DNA of 64,000 bases. Source: Promethearchaeota archaeon (GTDB lineage Archaea; Asgardarchaeota; Lokiarchaeia; Sigyniarchaeales; SOKP01). Each line of letters starts with the position of its first letter. Positions within the stretch are counted from its first letter, which is position 1. A program made the position numbers and the translations under genes. Below the pieces are notes generated by a model that did no database searches, was not told where the DNA came from, and saw only the letters and a list, made by a program, of their open reading frames with translations. The stretch covers positions 37,188-101,187 of the forward strand of contig RDOE01000002.1 in assembly GCA_011364975.1 (NCBI GenBank), written 5' to 3'. Of this stretch, positions 26,704 to 37,375 are shown one piece after another.

Positions 26704-27432
26704 TTGGAAGATATAATAAAATATGCAATTATCGCAGATATTCATGCAAATAAATATGCCTTAGAGAGTTTTCTTAATTTCATTGAAGAAGAAATTCCTG
26801 TGGATAAAATCTTAAATATGGGAGATTTTGTCCATATTGGCCCCCATCCAAAAGAAGTTTTAGAGGTTATTTTAAAGGATAAGAGATTTTTAAATGTTCT
26901 TGGAAATAATGATCTAATAGTTTTGGGTCGGAGAAAAGAAGAATGGCCCGCTGGGATTGAACGACACAGAGCATGGACATTGGATCAGATTGGAAGCCCT
27001 TTATTAGATGAGTTAAGAAAAGTTCCTGACTCTATGACTTTTAAAACTAAAGGAAAAATGATTCTTATGCTTCATTCGCATTTATATTCTTTACCTAATC
27101 GTTCAATACGGGATAATATTCTATTATATCAAGGAAAATCACTAAAAGAATTTGTAGATGATTATCCGGATGCTGCTGATATAATTTTGCTTGGTCATAC
27201 ACATGAAAAAATGTATCTTGTCACCAAGAATAAGATTTTTATCAATCCTGGCTCACTTAGTTTAACTAATAAATCCAGTATCTCATTCTGCTTGATGGAA
27301 TTCGATTCTGATGACATTAACGTTACATTTAAAAGTATTCCATATGACAGCTCTCAACTTAAAAATGATTATGAGAACCGAAATGTTGCTGAAAGAGAAT
27401 TTTTACTCAAATATTTCTATCCTTTTATATAA
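26704..27432 (+). CDS. Calcineurin-like metallophosphoesterase
   Basis: ADIHAN, MGDFV, GNND, GHTH, INPGS. Confidence 0.88.
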   Translation: MEDIIKYAIIADIHANKYALESFLNFIEEEIPVDKILNMGDFVHIGPHPKEVLEVILKDKRFLNVLGNNDLIVLGRRKEEWPAGIERHRAWTLDQIGSPLLDELRKVPDSMTFKTKGKMILMLHSHLYSLPNRSIRDNILLYQGKSLKEFVDDYPDAADIILLGHTHEKMYLVTKNKIFINPGSLSLTNKSSISFCLMEFDSDDINVTFKSIPYDSSQLKNDYENRNVAEREFLLKYFYPFI

Positions 27433-27502
27433 GGCAATTTAATTAATTATACTTCAAAAAGTAAATAAATAGAATATAAAAAAAAAGAAAAGAATTATGA
27501 AT

Positions 27503-28750
27503 TTAATAAAAATCTTTTTTTAATTTGGAAATTTTTCCAACTTTATAGAAATTTCCAATAATTCCACCAATTGTACCTATAATAATAAGTATAATTACCC
27601 AAAAGTAAATGATATATATCATACTTGTAGGATCAGAGGGAATTGATGGTATTATACCTCCAGAGAATAATGAGATTGGAAAAATCTCAGGTTGATTAAG
27701 AAGTAATAACCATATCGGTATATATGCAAAATTATACAATGCTATGACAACTAACATTACTTGTTGCCCAGTATAATTACTTACACCAATAGCTAATCTA
27801 ACTAAATCGAAAATACCCCCAAGAAATATTAAAAACCCGAGTAATTTTAGCCAATCTAAAAAACCTTGTCCCATTAAACCCAAAACTGCAAACGGTTGAA
27901 TCAAAAGAATTAATCCAAAGATAATTCCTGCAACTGAACCAAAAATTAATTCTCCTAGAGAAACAGGCTCCTTCTTCTTTAATTGCCTTTTTGCTTTAGC
28001 TTCTGCCATTTTTTGTTTTCTTTTTTCTTTTGCCTCAGCCAGCTTGCGTTTACGAAGAGCTGCTGCTTCAGATAACTTCTGTTCTCTAATTAATTTTGCT
28101 TCTTCTAACCTAGTTTCAACCTTAATTCTTGCTTCTGCTATTTTTTCTTCTCTTTGAGTTTTAAACTCTTCTAATTTGTATCTTGTGTATTCCCTCACTT
28201 CTTCTAATTCTGCCTCTGTTAAATGGAATGGAAATATAAGTGCTAATCTACCTGGAACAATTCCAAAATCTTCGGGTAAAAAACCCTCCATCGAGAACCA
28301 CACAAATGCAATCGTAATTACTACTGCAGCAATAAGACATCCAATCCAAATTCCAGAAAACATATTTCCCAATACTGTCCACCAGGGAATAAAAAAGAAT
28401 TGAAATGCGGCAATAATTATATTGATAAAGAAGATTAATAACCAGAAGAAGAATATGGTTCTAAGATAAAATTCAGATAATTCTTCGGTTATGTAGAATT
28501 TAGGAGTCCCACGACGTTTATATGATTTGGCAATAGTTTCTGGAGCTCCTAATCTTATCATTGCTTCATTAATACTTTCTGAGGTGGGCTCTATTTCACC
28601 AGAAATTTCTTTAGCTTTTTCAATAATTTGAGATTTTAAATCATCTAATATGTTTTGGACCTCTCCTTGTTTCCATTTAAGCCATTCTGGAAGCTTTTTT
28701 TTGACTTGTGCTAAATATTCTTGAATAGCGTTATTTTCAACATTACTCAT
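27503..28750 (-). CDS. Second HAAS-domain membrane protein, with an 11-residue repeat helical insert
   Basis: Paralogue of 23220..24248 (shared KKKLPEWLK, LGAPETIAKSYKRRGTPKFYITEE, SMEGFLPEDF); TM helices flank a charged repeat. Confidence 0.75.
   Translation of the reverse strand: MSNVENNAIQEYLAQVKKKLPEWLKWKQGEVQNILDDLKSQIIEKAKEISGEIEPTSESINEAMIRLGAPETIAKSYKRRGTPKFYITEELSEFYLRTIFFFWLLIFFINIIIAAFQFFFIPWWTVLGNMFSGIWIGCLIAAVVITIAFVWFSMEGFLPEDFGIVPGRLALIFPFHLTEAELEEVREYTRYKLEEFKTQREEKIAEARIKVETRLEEAKLIREQKLSEAAALRKRKLAEAKEKRKQKMAEAKAKRQLKKKEPVSLGELIFGSVAGIIFGLILLIQPFAVLGLMGQGFLDWLKLLGFLIFLGGIFDLVRLAIGVSNYTGQQVMLVVIALYNFAYIPIWLLLLNQPEIFPISLFSGGIIPSIPSDPTSMIYIIYFWVIILIIIGTIGGIIGNFYKVGKISKLKKDFY
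27980..28177 (-). repeat. Six tandem 11-aa (33-bp) degenerate coding repeats
   Basis: KLEEFKTQREE/KIAEARIKVET/RLEEAKLIREQ/KLSEAAALRKR/KLAEAKEKRKQ/KMAEAKAKRQL. Confidence 0.75.
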
Positions 28751-28799
28751 AATAATTCACTATTGTTAAAATATACATTTTTATAAATTTCTTTCTATA

Positions 28800-30332
28800 A
28801 TGTTTAATAGAGGAACATTAAAAGTTTTTAATAAAATATTTGGAGCCCAATTTTCAATATTTTTTTTTAGAATGGATAAACTAGTTGAACTAATGGGATT
28901 AGAAAAAAAAGAAAATATGGATAAAAAGTCTAGAAGAAAATTTGGATCCCATTTCACCTCAATAGAAATTTTTGAGACCTATATTTTTCCTCAAATTAAG
29001 AATGATTTAGATAAATATATTTGGGTGGATCTGTTTGCGGGAGAAGGCAATTTAGTTTTGCCAATTTTAAAACACATACCTCTTGAAAAGCGTGAGATTT
29101 ATTTCAGGAATCGGATATTCTTATTTGATATTCAAGAAAATATGGTACAAAAATGTATTAAAAATGCTCAACTTTATGGCATATCAGAAAATACAGCTAA
29201 AGGAAATATCATTGTAAGAGACAATCTTGAAGACTATCCCAAATTTCTATTAAGAAAGAAGTTACCGGTTTTTCACATTACAAATCCGCCCTATCTTTAT
29301 TTAGGATATATAAGAAAACAAAAAGACACCCAAAAATATCTCAAACTTTTTAATGCACAAAATAATAGTTATCAAGATTTATATCAATTAGCCTTGATGA
29401 ATGATTTACATAATGGAATAGAAAATTTAATATATATAATCCCATCTAATTTTCTATTTGGAGCATCGGTATCTAATAAATTTAGGAAAGATTTTCTTCT
29501 ACATTATACCATTTATAAAGTTGTTATTTTTGAAACTAAAGTATTTGAGTTCACTGGTACAAATATTTGCATTACATTTTTGAAGAAGAAACATATTCCA
29601 AAAGAAGAAATAATCACATTTCAGGGCATAAAAATTAAACAAGGGAATAAGTTTCTAGAGAAAGAATATAGACTAGATCCTAAAAATTATTATAGAGCAG
29701 GTTCTATATTTGCTGACTTTTTAAATGCATATCAAACTAAAAAGCCTCTTGAGGTTAATTATTACTTGTTAAAGAAGGAAGTATTAGAAAATAGAGGTCC
29801 CTTTGAAATACAAGCTATTGATGCGAATCAATATGCTAATAATAATTATAAAAAACTTCTTCTAAGAGTAAATAAGGAATTAAAGGAGAAAATTAAAAAT
29901 AATATCTTGTATGTTAGGACACTAGACTCCGGTCGATATGAAGGAAGGGTGGGATTAGGAATTATCGAAGATGATTTTAATGTTTCTGCTATTTACGTAT
30001 CCGGTAATACATATAGAACTCATCCAATTCAAATTTTTTTCAAACCGATAATTTCTATTGAATTACAGTTGATTATTCAGAAATATTTTAATTATATTTT
30101 GGAAGATTTTAGGAAGAAAACAGATAGTGAATTCTTGACTACTTACAAGTATTCCCAAGCATTATATACACGTAAATATTTAGGATTAACACAGACAAGA
30201 AAACTAATTGAAACTTTTCCTTTTAATTCATTAACTCCAAACGAGGTTGAAATTCTAGAGCGATATATATCTAATGATAAATTTGATAACCTCACAAGTT
30301 TTTTAATTAATCTTAAAGAGAGGCAAAAATAA
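28800..30332 (+). CDS. N6-adenine DNA methyltransferase (gamma-type motif order), orphan
   Basis: RKFGSHFT, DLFAGEG (motif I), TNPPY (motif IV), IIPSNF. The real start is probably 28872, 28893 or 28917. Confidence 0.8.
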   Translation: MFNRGTLKVFNKIFGAQFSIFFFRMDKLVELMGLEKKENMDKKSRRKFGSHFTSIEIFETYIFPQIKNDLDKYIWVDLFAGEGNLVLPILKHIPLEKREIYFRNRIFLFDIQENMVQKCIKNAQLYGISENTAKGNIIVRDNLEDYPKFLLRKKLPVFHITNPPYLYLGYIRKQKDTQKYLKLFNAQNNSYQDLYQLALMNDLHNGIENLIYIIPSNFLFGASVSNKFRKDFLLHYTIYKVVIFETKVFEFTGTNICITFLKKKHIPKEEIITFQGIKIKQGNKFLEKEYRLDPKNYYRAGSIFADFLNAYQTKKPLEVNYYLLKKEVLENRGPFEIQAIDANQYANNNYKKLLLRVNKELKEKIKNNILYVRTLDSGRYEGRVGLGIIEDDFNVSAIYVSGNTYRTHPIQIFFKPIISIELQLIIQKYFNYILEDFRKKTDSEFLTTYKYSQALYTRKYLGLTQTRKLIETFPFNSLTPNEVEILERYISNDKFDNLTSFLINLKERQK

Positions 30333-31185
30333 ACGCAATTAATCCTAAGAAAGCACCTATTTTTAGTAACAAGCTAATTTTTTTAAAATCTCTTTGTTCG
30401 AGTGTTTTTTTAAGCATTATTATTATAGCATAAAAAACAACTGTTAATCCAAAGATCATAAAAATCAGAAATAAAAGGGGATTAATAATAGGAGTAATTA
30501 CTGGTAAAATAAAGAAAATTATTGCAGTCCACGAAAATGTTATAGAAAAATATGTAGATTTCTTAATTCCTAGCCTAATAGCAAGTGTTCTAACCCCCTC
30601 AGTCTTATCTCCTTCAATATCTTCACAGCCTTTGATTATCTCTCTCGAGAGTAATAAAGAAAAAGAAGTAAGGAAGAAGAAATAGATGTAATTGGGAATA
30701 ACAGAATTATTTAATATTGCTCCATAAAGCATTCCAATTGAAAAAGAAATACTAACGATAACATTTCCTAAAAAACCACTTTTTTTACCCCATTTAGCGT
30801 AAATCCAACCTATAAATCCAAAAAGAATAGCAATCATGATATTTAGCATGCCCAAATTAAAAATGATACTATTAATTATGCTTAAGCTTATCCCAGTTAA
30901 AAAATACAACGTATAAAGTAATTTGGCTTGTCTAAGTGAAATTGCTCCTCTTGGAATTGGGCGAGTGGGTCTATTAATTTTATCTATTTCGATGTCGTAA
31001 ATATCGTTTATTACCATTCCTGAACCAGCTAAGAAAAAGTAAGTAATTACTCCGAAAATAAGATTAATTACCAATTGTTCAAACGGAATTCCAATTTTAG
31101 TATTTAAAAGTCCAATGATAATTGTAAGTGAACCCATCAAGCAATTGATAGGTCGAAGTATTTCAAAAGCGTCTTTAATTCTCAT
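30313..31185 (-). CDS. Digeranylgeranylglyceryl phosphate synthase (UbiA family)
   Basis: LRPINC, NDIYDIEIDKINRPTRPIPRG, REIIKGCEDIEGD...TLA; next to GGGP synthase. Confidence 0.9.
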   Translation of the reverse strand: MRIKDAFEILRPINCLMGSLTIIIGLLNTKIGIPFEQLVINLIFGVITYFFLAGSGMVINDIYDIEIDKINRPTRPIPRGAISLRQAKLLYTLYFLTGISLSIINSIIFNLGMLNIMIAILFGFIGWIYAKWGKKSGFLGNVIVSISFSIGMLYGAILNNSVIPNYIYFFFLTSFSLLLSREIIKGCEDIEGDKTEGVRTLAIRLGIKKSTYFSITFSWTAIIFFILPVITPIINPLLFLIFMIFGLTVVFYAIIIMLKKTLEQRDFKKISLLLKIGAFLGLIAFIFASL

Positions 31186-31207
31186 TATAAGATATTTTTT
31201 ATGGATA

Positions 31208-32035
31208 TTATCGTAGACAATATTTTTTCTTACAATTTTTCCCTACTCTTTTTATTTCATCTATAATGGATTTCAGGGCATTTCCATTATCCTTCAATAA
31301 ATTATTTTCGAGAAAGGAACCCATTACAATTATATCTGCACCCGCCTCTGCAAAGGATATCGCATCTTCTTTATTAGCCACTCCTCCACCGGCAATAATT
31401 GGAATGTTTAACATAGTAGAACATAATTTTATAATCTCACATGGTATTTTTTGACTGCCTGATCCTGCTTCTAAGTAAATAAGTTTAAATCCAAAAAGTT
31501 CTGCTGCCAACGAGTACGCCACCGTTAATTTTGGTTTTTCTCTAGGTAATAATTTAGCTTTTCCAATCCAACCAGCTGTTGCTCCTGGTTCAATTATTAA
31601 ATAAGCTGTTGAGATGGGTTCTAAATTAGCCATTTTCACAGTATATGATGCTAGGGCTTGTTGTCCAATAATAAAATAAGGATCTTCGGAATTTAATAGT
31701 GACATAAATAAAATCGCATCTGCTTCCTTAGATACATTAGAGATTCCACCTGGAAAAATAATTATAGGTAAATCGATTTTTTCTTTGATTGCAATTATGG
31801 TATCATCTACAAATCGTTGGTCGAATACGGTACTTCCTCCAATAAGAATCGCATCTGTACCTGCCTGTTCAGCGTAATAAGCCATACTAGCTGCTTTTTT
31901 AGGAGTCTGCTTTATCGGATCGGGATCGATTAAGGAAAAATGAAGTACTCCTTCATTATTTATCTTATTTATAATGTATTCATAAGTGCTAGTTTTCAAA
32001 GTGTTGCTTGTCAATGCCCTACCCATAATTTTCAC
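31208..32035 (-). CDS. Geranylgeranylglyceryl phosphate synthase (group II)
   Basis: HFSLIDPD, GTDAILIGGS, IIFPG, ADAILFMSLLNS, YLEAGSG, GGG, GADIIVMG. Confidence 0.92.
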   Translation of the reverse strand: MKIMGRALTSNTLKTSTYEYIINKINNEGVLHFSLIDPDPIKQTPKKAASMAYYAEQAGTDAILIGGSTVFDQRFVDDTIIAIKEKIDLPIIIFPGGISNVSKEADAILFMSLLNSEDPYFIIGQQALASYTVKMANLEPISTAYLIIEPGATAGWIGKAKLLPREKPKLTVAYSLAAELFGFKLIYLEAGSGSQKIPCEIIKLCSTMLNIPIIAGGGVANKEDAISFAEAGADIIVMGSFLENNLLKDNGNALKSIIDEIKRVGKNCKKKYCLR

Positions 32036-32049
32036 ATAATATAATTAAT

Positions 32050-33438
32050 TTACTTTTTAGTATTTATTAAAATTTTTCTTATTTTATTATATTCTTGAAT
32101 AACTCTTAATTTCCATTCTTCAAATTTTGTTAGATCACGTGGAAATTTTTTATACAATTTAGCGATTTCATTCATTCTAATTCTAAGATAATTTAAATCT
32201 AACAATAAATCTGGTTTGGAAATGCCTCGAAATGCTTTAGAAACAATGTCTAATATAGATAATTCAATTCTCCCAGTAGAAGAAATTTCAAGAATTTCTT
32301 GTCCACTCAATAATTCTTGAGATAATCCAAAATTAAGTTCTTCATTAGAAAAGATTTGAAGCATCATTCTTAGTAAATCTAAAGGCGCATACTCAGCACC
32401 AAAACTTGTCATAACTTGGTAATTATAATCCCATAAAAATTTAATGGAGGAATCTTCATTATTTATAGCATTGAAGGCAGTATTAGCTGCGAAAAATCCA
32501 GCTCTCATGGATGGATCAATACCCCCTCCATGTAGAGGATTAACTTGGCAAGCAGCATCTCCGACAATCATAATACCATTATCTGCACACGACCATAAAG
32601 GTCTTCTAACAGGAACTACTCCTCCTCCTGAAGATAAAATTTCATATTTTGAAGTTGTTATATACTGATCAAAAACGTTTTTTCTGTACAATTCTTTAAT
32701 TCTTCCTCTAAGATTCATATAGGTTCCTAACCCTATATTTACGGATGTATTATTCTTAGGAAAATACCAGATATACCCTCCAGGAGCTTTTTCTTGGTCC
32801 AAAGTAATTGAAATATATTCTGGGTCTTGAACTTTGCACTCTTGAGAAGAAATTTTAATTATTTCTCGATAACATAATATAACATCTTCTTTAGAAATTT
32901 CTGTCTCAATTAGGTTACTTTTAACTTTTTTTCTTAAAGGAGAGTAGAATCCAGATGCATCAATTATAACCTTAGCTTTAAGTTCCTCTTTATTTCCATT
33001 ACTCAATTTTACTTGAACCCCTTCTACCCGCTCCTTGTTATAAATTAAGTTAAGAGCTTTGGTATCATCAAGGAATTGCTCAACTCCAGCATCAAGTGAT
33101 TCATTTAGTAATCTCTGACCGAACTCAAACCTATTTACAATGTATCCTGCTTGTTTAGGATCCATCAATGTAATACATTTTTGTAAATTTGGAGCGTATA
33201 ATTTAGCACCTTTAATATTACAAGATAATTCCTCATTTTTAGGAGGTGAAATCTTGAGAAAGTCAAAAATCTCTGTTCCGATTGCATCACCGCATATCTT
33301 ATTACCAATTTCATCCCTTTGTTTTGCATCAATAAGACAAACTTTTAAACCATGCTTAGCTGCAAAACGAGCAGCAGTGCTACCACCAGTACCAGAACCA
33401 ACAACTATTACATCAAAAACTTTTTGGATGGAGCCCAT
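32050..33438 (-). CDS. Geranylgeranyl reductase family flavoprotein (DGGGPL reductase)
   Basis: GSGTGG, KICGDA, APGGYIWYFPK, VGDAACQVNPLHGGGI. Confidence 0.9.
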   Translation of the reverse strand: MGSIQKVFDVIVVGSGTGGSTAARFAAKHGLKVCLIDAKQRDEIGNKICGDAIGTEIFDFLKISPPKNEELSCNIKGAKLYAPNLQKCITLMDPKQAGYIVNRFEFGQRLLNESLDAGVEQFLDDTKALNLIYNKERVEGVQVKLSNGNKEELKAKVIIDASGFYSPLRKKVKSNLIETEISKEDVILCYREIIKISSQECKVQDPEYISITLDQEKAPGGYIWYFPKNNTSVNIGLGTYMNLRGRIKELYRKNVFDQYITTSKYEILSSGGGVVPVRRPLWSCADNGIMIVGDAACQVNPLHGGGIDPSMRAGFFAANTAFNAINNEDSSIKFLWDYNYQVMTSFGAEYAPLDLLRMMLQIFSNEELNFGLSQELLSGQEILEISSTGRIELSILDIVSKAFRGISKPDLLLDLNYLRIRMNEIAKLYKKFPRDLTKFEEWKLRVIQEYNKIRKILINTKK

Positions 33439-33501
33439 TATTTTTCTTTTATAAAAATGTAGAATTAAAAATATAATATAAATTTAATATCTGAAACGCA
33501 A

Positions 33502-34254
33502 TTACATTAAGGTTATTAGAAAAATGATTAAAGTTGTTAGGATCGGTACAGTTAAGTCATCCCAAGTACTAGGAGAAATCAATTCAACTACTGTTGCCAA
33601 ACTACTTGTTATTAAAGACAATACCAATGCATATTCGAAGGAGATATGAATTTGAGTAAAAGGATTTGTCACTCCAAGGATAGTAAACGCGATCATACAT
33701 AAAAGAAAACCACTAATAAAAAAAGCCAATGACCCTTCAAGCGTTCTTGGGGTTTTGATCCATGGAACCTTAATTTTAATTTTTCCGTATCTTTTTCCAA
33801 TTACCGATGCTAAAGTATCTGAAACTATCATTAATAATATTCCCGCAATTGGAAAATATAGCTGTGTGGGAGCAAATATAACAAATAATAACATTAAACC
33901 AGTTATAGATAGGCAATAATGAAAAGGGCCTTGCAGGTATCCCACTTTCTCTTCTGCTTCTTCTCCAATTGAATCATACAATTCTTTTAGTTGCTTCACT
34001 TTTGATTGTTTGGAACTTAGTAATACTAATATAGTAAGTGTAGCTGCAATTATAACAGACCACCAGGGCCACTCATAATAAGGACTCGAAAAAACTGCAA
34101 ATCCGGCAAATAAGTGAACCGCTTTTCGAGCTTGAAATTTCGTAATCTTGCTTCTTTTCTTCAGTTGAACAGGTATCAAAATCGCAGCAAATACATATAG
34201 ATATGTAATAAAAACAATTAAAATGTCAATTACAATACTCATAATTATCATCAA
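33502..34254 (-). CDS. Dolichol/phytol (polyprenol) kinase family, CTP-dependent membrane enzyme
   Basis: ARKAVH, SDTLASVIGKRYG, RTLEGSLAFF, VELISP..WDDLTVP. Confidence 0.85.
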   Translation of the reverse strand: MMIIMSIVIDILIVFITYLYVFAAILIPVQLKKRSKITKFQARKAVHLFAGFAVFSSPYYEWPWWSVIIAATLTILVLLSSKQSKVKQLKELYDSIGEEAEEKVGYLQGPFHYCLSITGLMLLFVIFAPTQLYFPIAGILLMIVSDTLASVIGKRYGKIKIKVPWIKTPRTLEGSLAFFISGFLLCMIAFTILGVTNPFTQIHISFEYALVLSLITSSLATVVELISPSTWDDLTVPILTTLIIFLITLM

Positions 34255-34485
34255 GTAAAATAGTTAATAATGCAGTGTTATTTTTATTTTTTAAAAACAA
34301 TATCATACTTCTATAAATATTAATTGTTAGAATTAGAAAAAGGATAAAAACCTAACTATAAGTGTGACATATAATTTAAATTAGAATGACTTCTAACTTT
34401 TTACAATAAGTTTTTATATTTATACTATTGGTAACAATTATTTTTTAGTAAATATTCTTCTTATTAGCATTACTAGGGATAATTT

Positions 34486-36513
34486 ATGAATGATAAAACG
34501 TTAAAGAAGGATATTCAACAATTACCTTATATGAATATGCATCTGGATTTAGAATCAAGAATAAATGATTTATTTGACAGATTAACTCTAGAAGAAAAGA
34601 TAAAATTATGTGCAGGAAGGCGGATGTGGTATATCCCGACCATAAAAAGACTTGGTTTAAAAAATTTTATTATGTATGATGGTCCTCATGGTGTAAGACC
34701 GTCTATAACAGGTGAAGTAAAAGCTACATATTTTCCTTCAGCTATCTGCCGAGCAGCCACGTGGAATCCAGAATTATCAGAACGTTTTGGAGTCGCATTA
34801 GCAGAGGAAGTTCGAGCAGTTGGAGCACATATGATTCTGGCTCCTGGGATAAACATTCAAAGAACTCCGATGGGAGGACGTACATTTGAATATCAAACAG
34901 AAGATCCTTATTTAAATAAGGTTCTTGCAGTTGCGGTTGTAAAAGGGGTTCAAAGCCAGAAAATTGCTGCTTGTGTAAAACATTTTATTTGCAATAATCA
35001 AGAAACTAAACGATTTACTGTTAGTTCTGAAGTAAGTAACCGAGCTCTAGAAGAAATTTATTTTCCAGCCTTTAAAGCCACAATTCAGGAAGCAGATGCT
35101 TGGGCTTTTATGAGTTGCTACAATAAAGTAAATGGCATTTTTGGCTCAGAACATTTTTATTTACTAAGAGAAACTTTAATGAATAACTGGGGTTTCAGAG
35201 GATTTGTAGTTTCAGATTGGAATGCTACAGCGTTCACAAAAACTCAAGACATGATCCTAGCTGGTTTATCACTTGAGATGCCCATGCAACAAAGATATAA
35301 GAAAAAAAAATTATTGGAACTTTATCAAGAAGGCAAAATTAACAAGGATTACTTTCACGATAATATTAAAAGAATATTAAGAGTAATGTTCCTCGTAGGA
35401 CTTTTTGATAATGAGGGTTCTTCGCCTAAGGGAAAAATAAACACGAAAGAACACCAAAATTTGGCTCTGGAAATTGCTCAAGAGGGAATTGTGCTCTTAA
35501 AAAATGATAAGAATTTACTTCCATTAAATATAAAGAATTTAAAAAAAATTGCAGTAGTCGGTCCAAATAAAAATTTAAAAACTTCGTTAAAAGGAGGAAG
35601 TTCTCAGAATTTTCCACCATATGAAATTACTCCACTTCAAGCAATCGAAGAAAAATGTAAAAATAGGATAGTTATTGTCGATAATCCTTCAGAAGCTGAT
35701 ATTACCATCCTTTTTGTAGGACTTAACCATGAATTGGGGATGGATGCTGAAGGTGAAGATAAAAAAATTTTCAGTTTACCAGATGAACAAATTGGCTTCA
35801 TTAGAAAAACTGTAAATGAAAATCCAAGTACCGTTGTAGTATTAATTAATGGAAGCCCAATTTCGATGGATAATTGGATAGAAGATATACCTGCCGTTAT
35901 TGAAGCATGGTATAGTGGTATGGAAGCGGGAACTGCAATTGCTAATATACTCTTCGGAGATGTCAATCCTTCAGGAAAATTACCCATAACATTTCCACAT
36001 AAACTTTCTGATTCACCAGCTCACGTCTCAAGTAGGACTTTTCCTGGAAATGATAAAGTTTATTATGAAGAAGGTATCTTTGTTGGATATCGCCATTTTG
36101 ATACTAAAAATATTGACCCTCTATTTCCTTTTGGTCATGGATTATCATATACTACATTTACCTATGAGAATATTAAATCAGATAAAGCTATTCTCTCTGG
36201 AAATGGGAATATAATAATATCAGTTGATATTCTTAATGATGGTCAACGTGAGGGTTCAGAAGTTGTTCAATTATATGTAAAGGATGTTCACTCAAGTATA
36301 GAACGCCCATTAAAGGAATTAAAGAAATTTAAAAAGGTAAAATTAAAGCCAAGAGAGAAAAGGACTATAAATTTCGAATTGAGCAGTGAAGATTTATCGT
36401 ATTATAATGAAGAAAAAAAAAGTTGGATTACTGAAGAAGGCGAATTTAATATTTTGATTGGCGGTTCCTCACGGGATATACGATTACAAATAAAAATTAA
36501 TTATTCTAAGTAA
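34486..36513 (+). CDS. Glycoside hydrolase family 3 beta-glucosidase with a C-terminal Fn3-like domain
   Basis: LTLEEK, DGPHGVR, GRTFEY.EDP, CVKHF, GFVVSDW, YEEGIFVGYRHF, PFGHGLSYT. No signal peptide. Confidence 0.93.
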   Translation: MNDKTLKKDIQQLPYMNMHLDLESRINDLFDRLTLEEKIKLCAGRRMWYIPTIKRLGLKNFIMYDGPHGVRPSITGEVKATYFPSAICRAATWNPELSERFGVALAEEVRAVGAHMILAPGINIQRTPMGGRTFEYQTEDPYLNKVLAVAVVKGVQSQKIAACVKHFICNNQETKRFTVSSEVSNRALEEIYFPAFKATIQEADAWAFMSCYNKVNGIFGSEHFYLLRETLMNNWGFRGFVVSDWNATAFTKTQDMILAGLSLEMPMQQRYKKKKLLELYQEGKINKDYFHDNIKRILRVMFLVGLFDNEGSSPKGKINTKEHQNLALEIAQEGIVLLKNDKNLLPLNIKNLKKIAVVGPNKNLKTSLKGGSSQNFPPYEITPLQAIEEKCKNRIVIVDNPSEADITILFVGLNHELGMDAEGEDKKIFSLPDEQIGFIRKTVNENPSTVVVLINGSPISMDNWIEDIPAVIEAWYSGMEAGTAIANILFGDVNPSGKLPITFPHKLSDSPAHVSSRTFPGNDKVYYEEGIFVGYRHFDTKNIDPLFPFGHGLSYTTFTYENIKSDKAILSGNGNIIISVDILNDGQREGSEVVQLYVKDVHSSIERPLKELKKFKKVKLKPREKRTINFELSSEDLSYYNEEKKSWITEEGEFNILIGGSSRDIRLQIKINYSK

Positions 36514-36525
36514 AAGAGAATGTAA

Positions 36526-37257
36526 TTATCGCCATTGATTTCTACTTATTTTTGAAGGAATATTACAATACTTACTCAGTAATTGGAGATATGTTTTAAT
36601 TTGTTCTTTATCTTTATAAAAAATTGGATCAGGTAAACCAAATGTTCTGCATGCTATGATACCCATAAGAGCATTACCAATTTGATTAACATGGAGTCCA
36701 TCAAGCATTATTTTTTTATATGCTTCAGGATTCTCTTCATAAAATGGTGAAAAATACCTATATTGGTCAATTAAAGAAACAGATTTTTCTTTTGATAACC
36801 ATCGATTTACTTCAACTAGTTCTGGAAAACTTTTGAATATATCTGGCATAGAATTATAAAGCAAACAATAATATGTTTGAAGGACAGGGATCGCTTTAAT
36901 CGCTCTCAACTTATCGATTATCAAACTTAAATTTTGCTTATATTCTGTAATGGATAATCCCTTCCAGATATCATTTCCTCCAATTGTAATTATAACAAGA
37001 TTAGGATTAAAATCGAGTACATCTCTCTCTAATCTATTAATTAAATCTCTTGCGGTCTCACCTGAGACACCTTGATTAATAGTGATTACATGTCTTCCAA
37101 TCCATTCTCTCATAGAAGAAGAAAGCCAAGAAAACCAATTGAAATGACCTAAACTATGCCAGTGCAATTCAGTATTACTTGAACCAAAAGCTATAACTCT
37201 TTTTCCCTTTTCTTGTTTATTCTTCCATGTTTTGATAATTTCATTTAGAGAAATCAT
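36526..37257 (-). CDS. SGNH/GDSL hydrolase
   Basis: FGSSNT, NQGVSGET, GGND, DGLH. Confidence 0.88.
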   Translation of the reverse strand: MISLNEIIKTWKNKQEKGKRVIAFGSSNTELHWHSLGHFNWFSWLSSSMREWIGRHVITINQGVSGETARDLINRLERDVLDFNPNLVIITIGGNDIWKGLSITEYKQNLSLIIDKLRAIKAIPVLQTYYCLLYNSMPDIFKSFPELVEVNRWLSKEKSVSLIDQYRYFSPFYEENPEAYKKIMLDGLHVNQIGNALMGIIACRTFGLPDPIFYKDKEQIKTYLQLLSKYCNIPSKISRNQWR

Positions 37258-37375
37258 AATTTTTTGTCTAGTATCATTTTTTATACAAATTAAGCTGAAA
37301 AATCTTAAAGTATAATCAATTATTAATTTTTATTATATAATTTATTTTCTTAATTTCAAGTTTTAATGATCTCCT

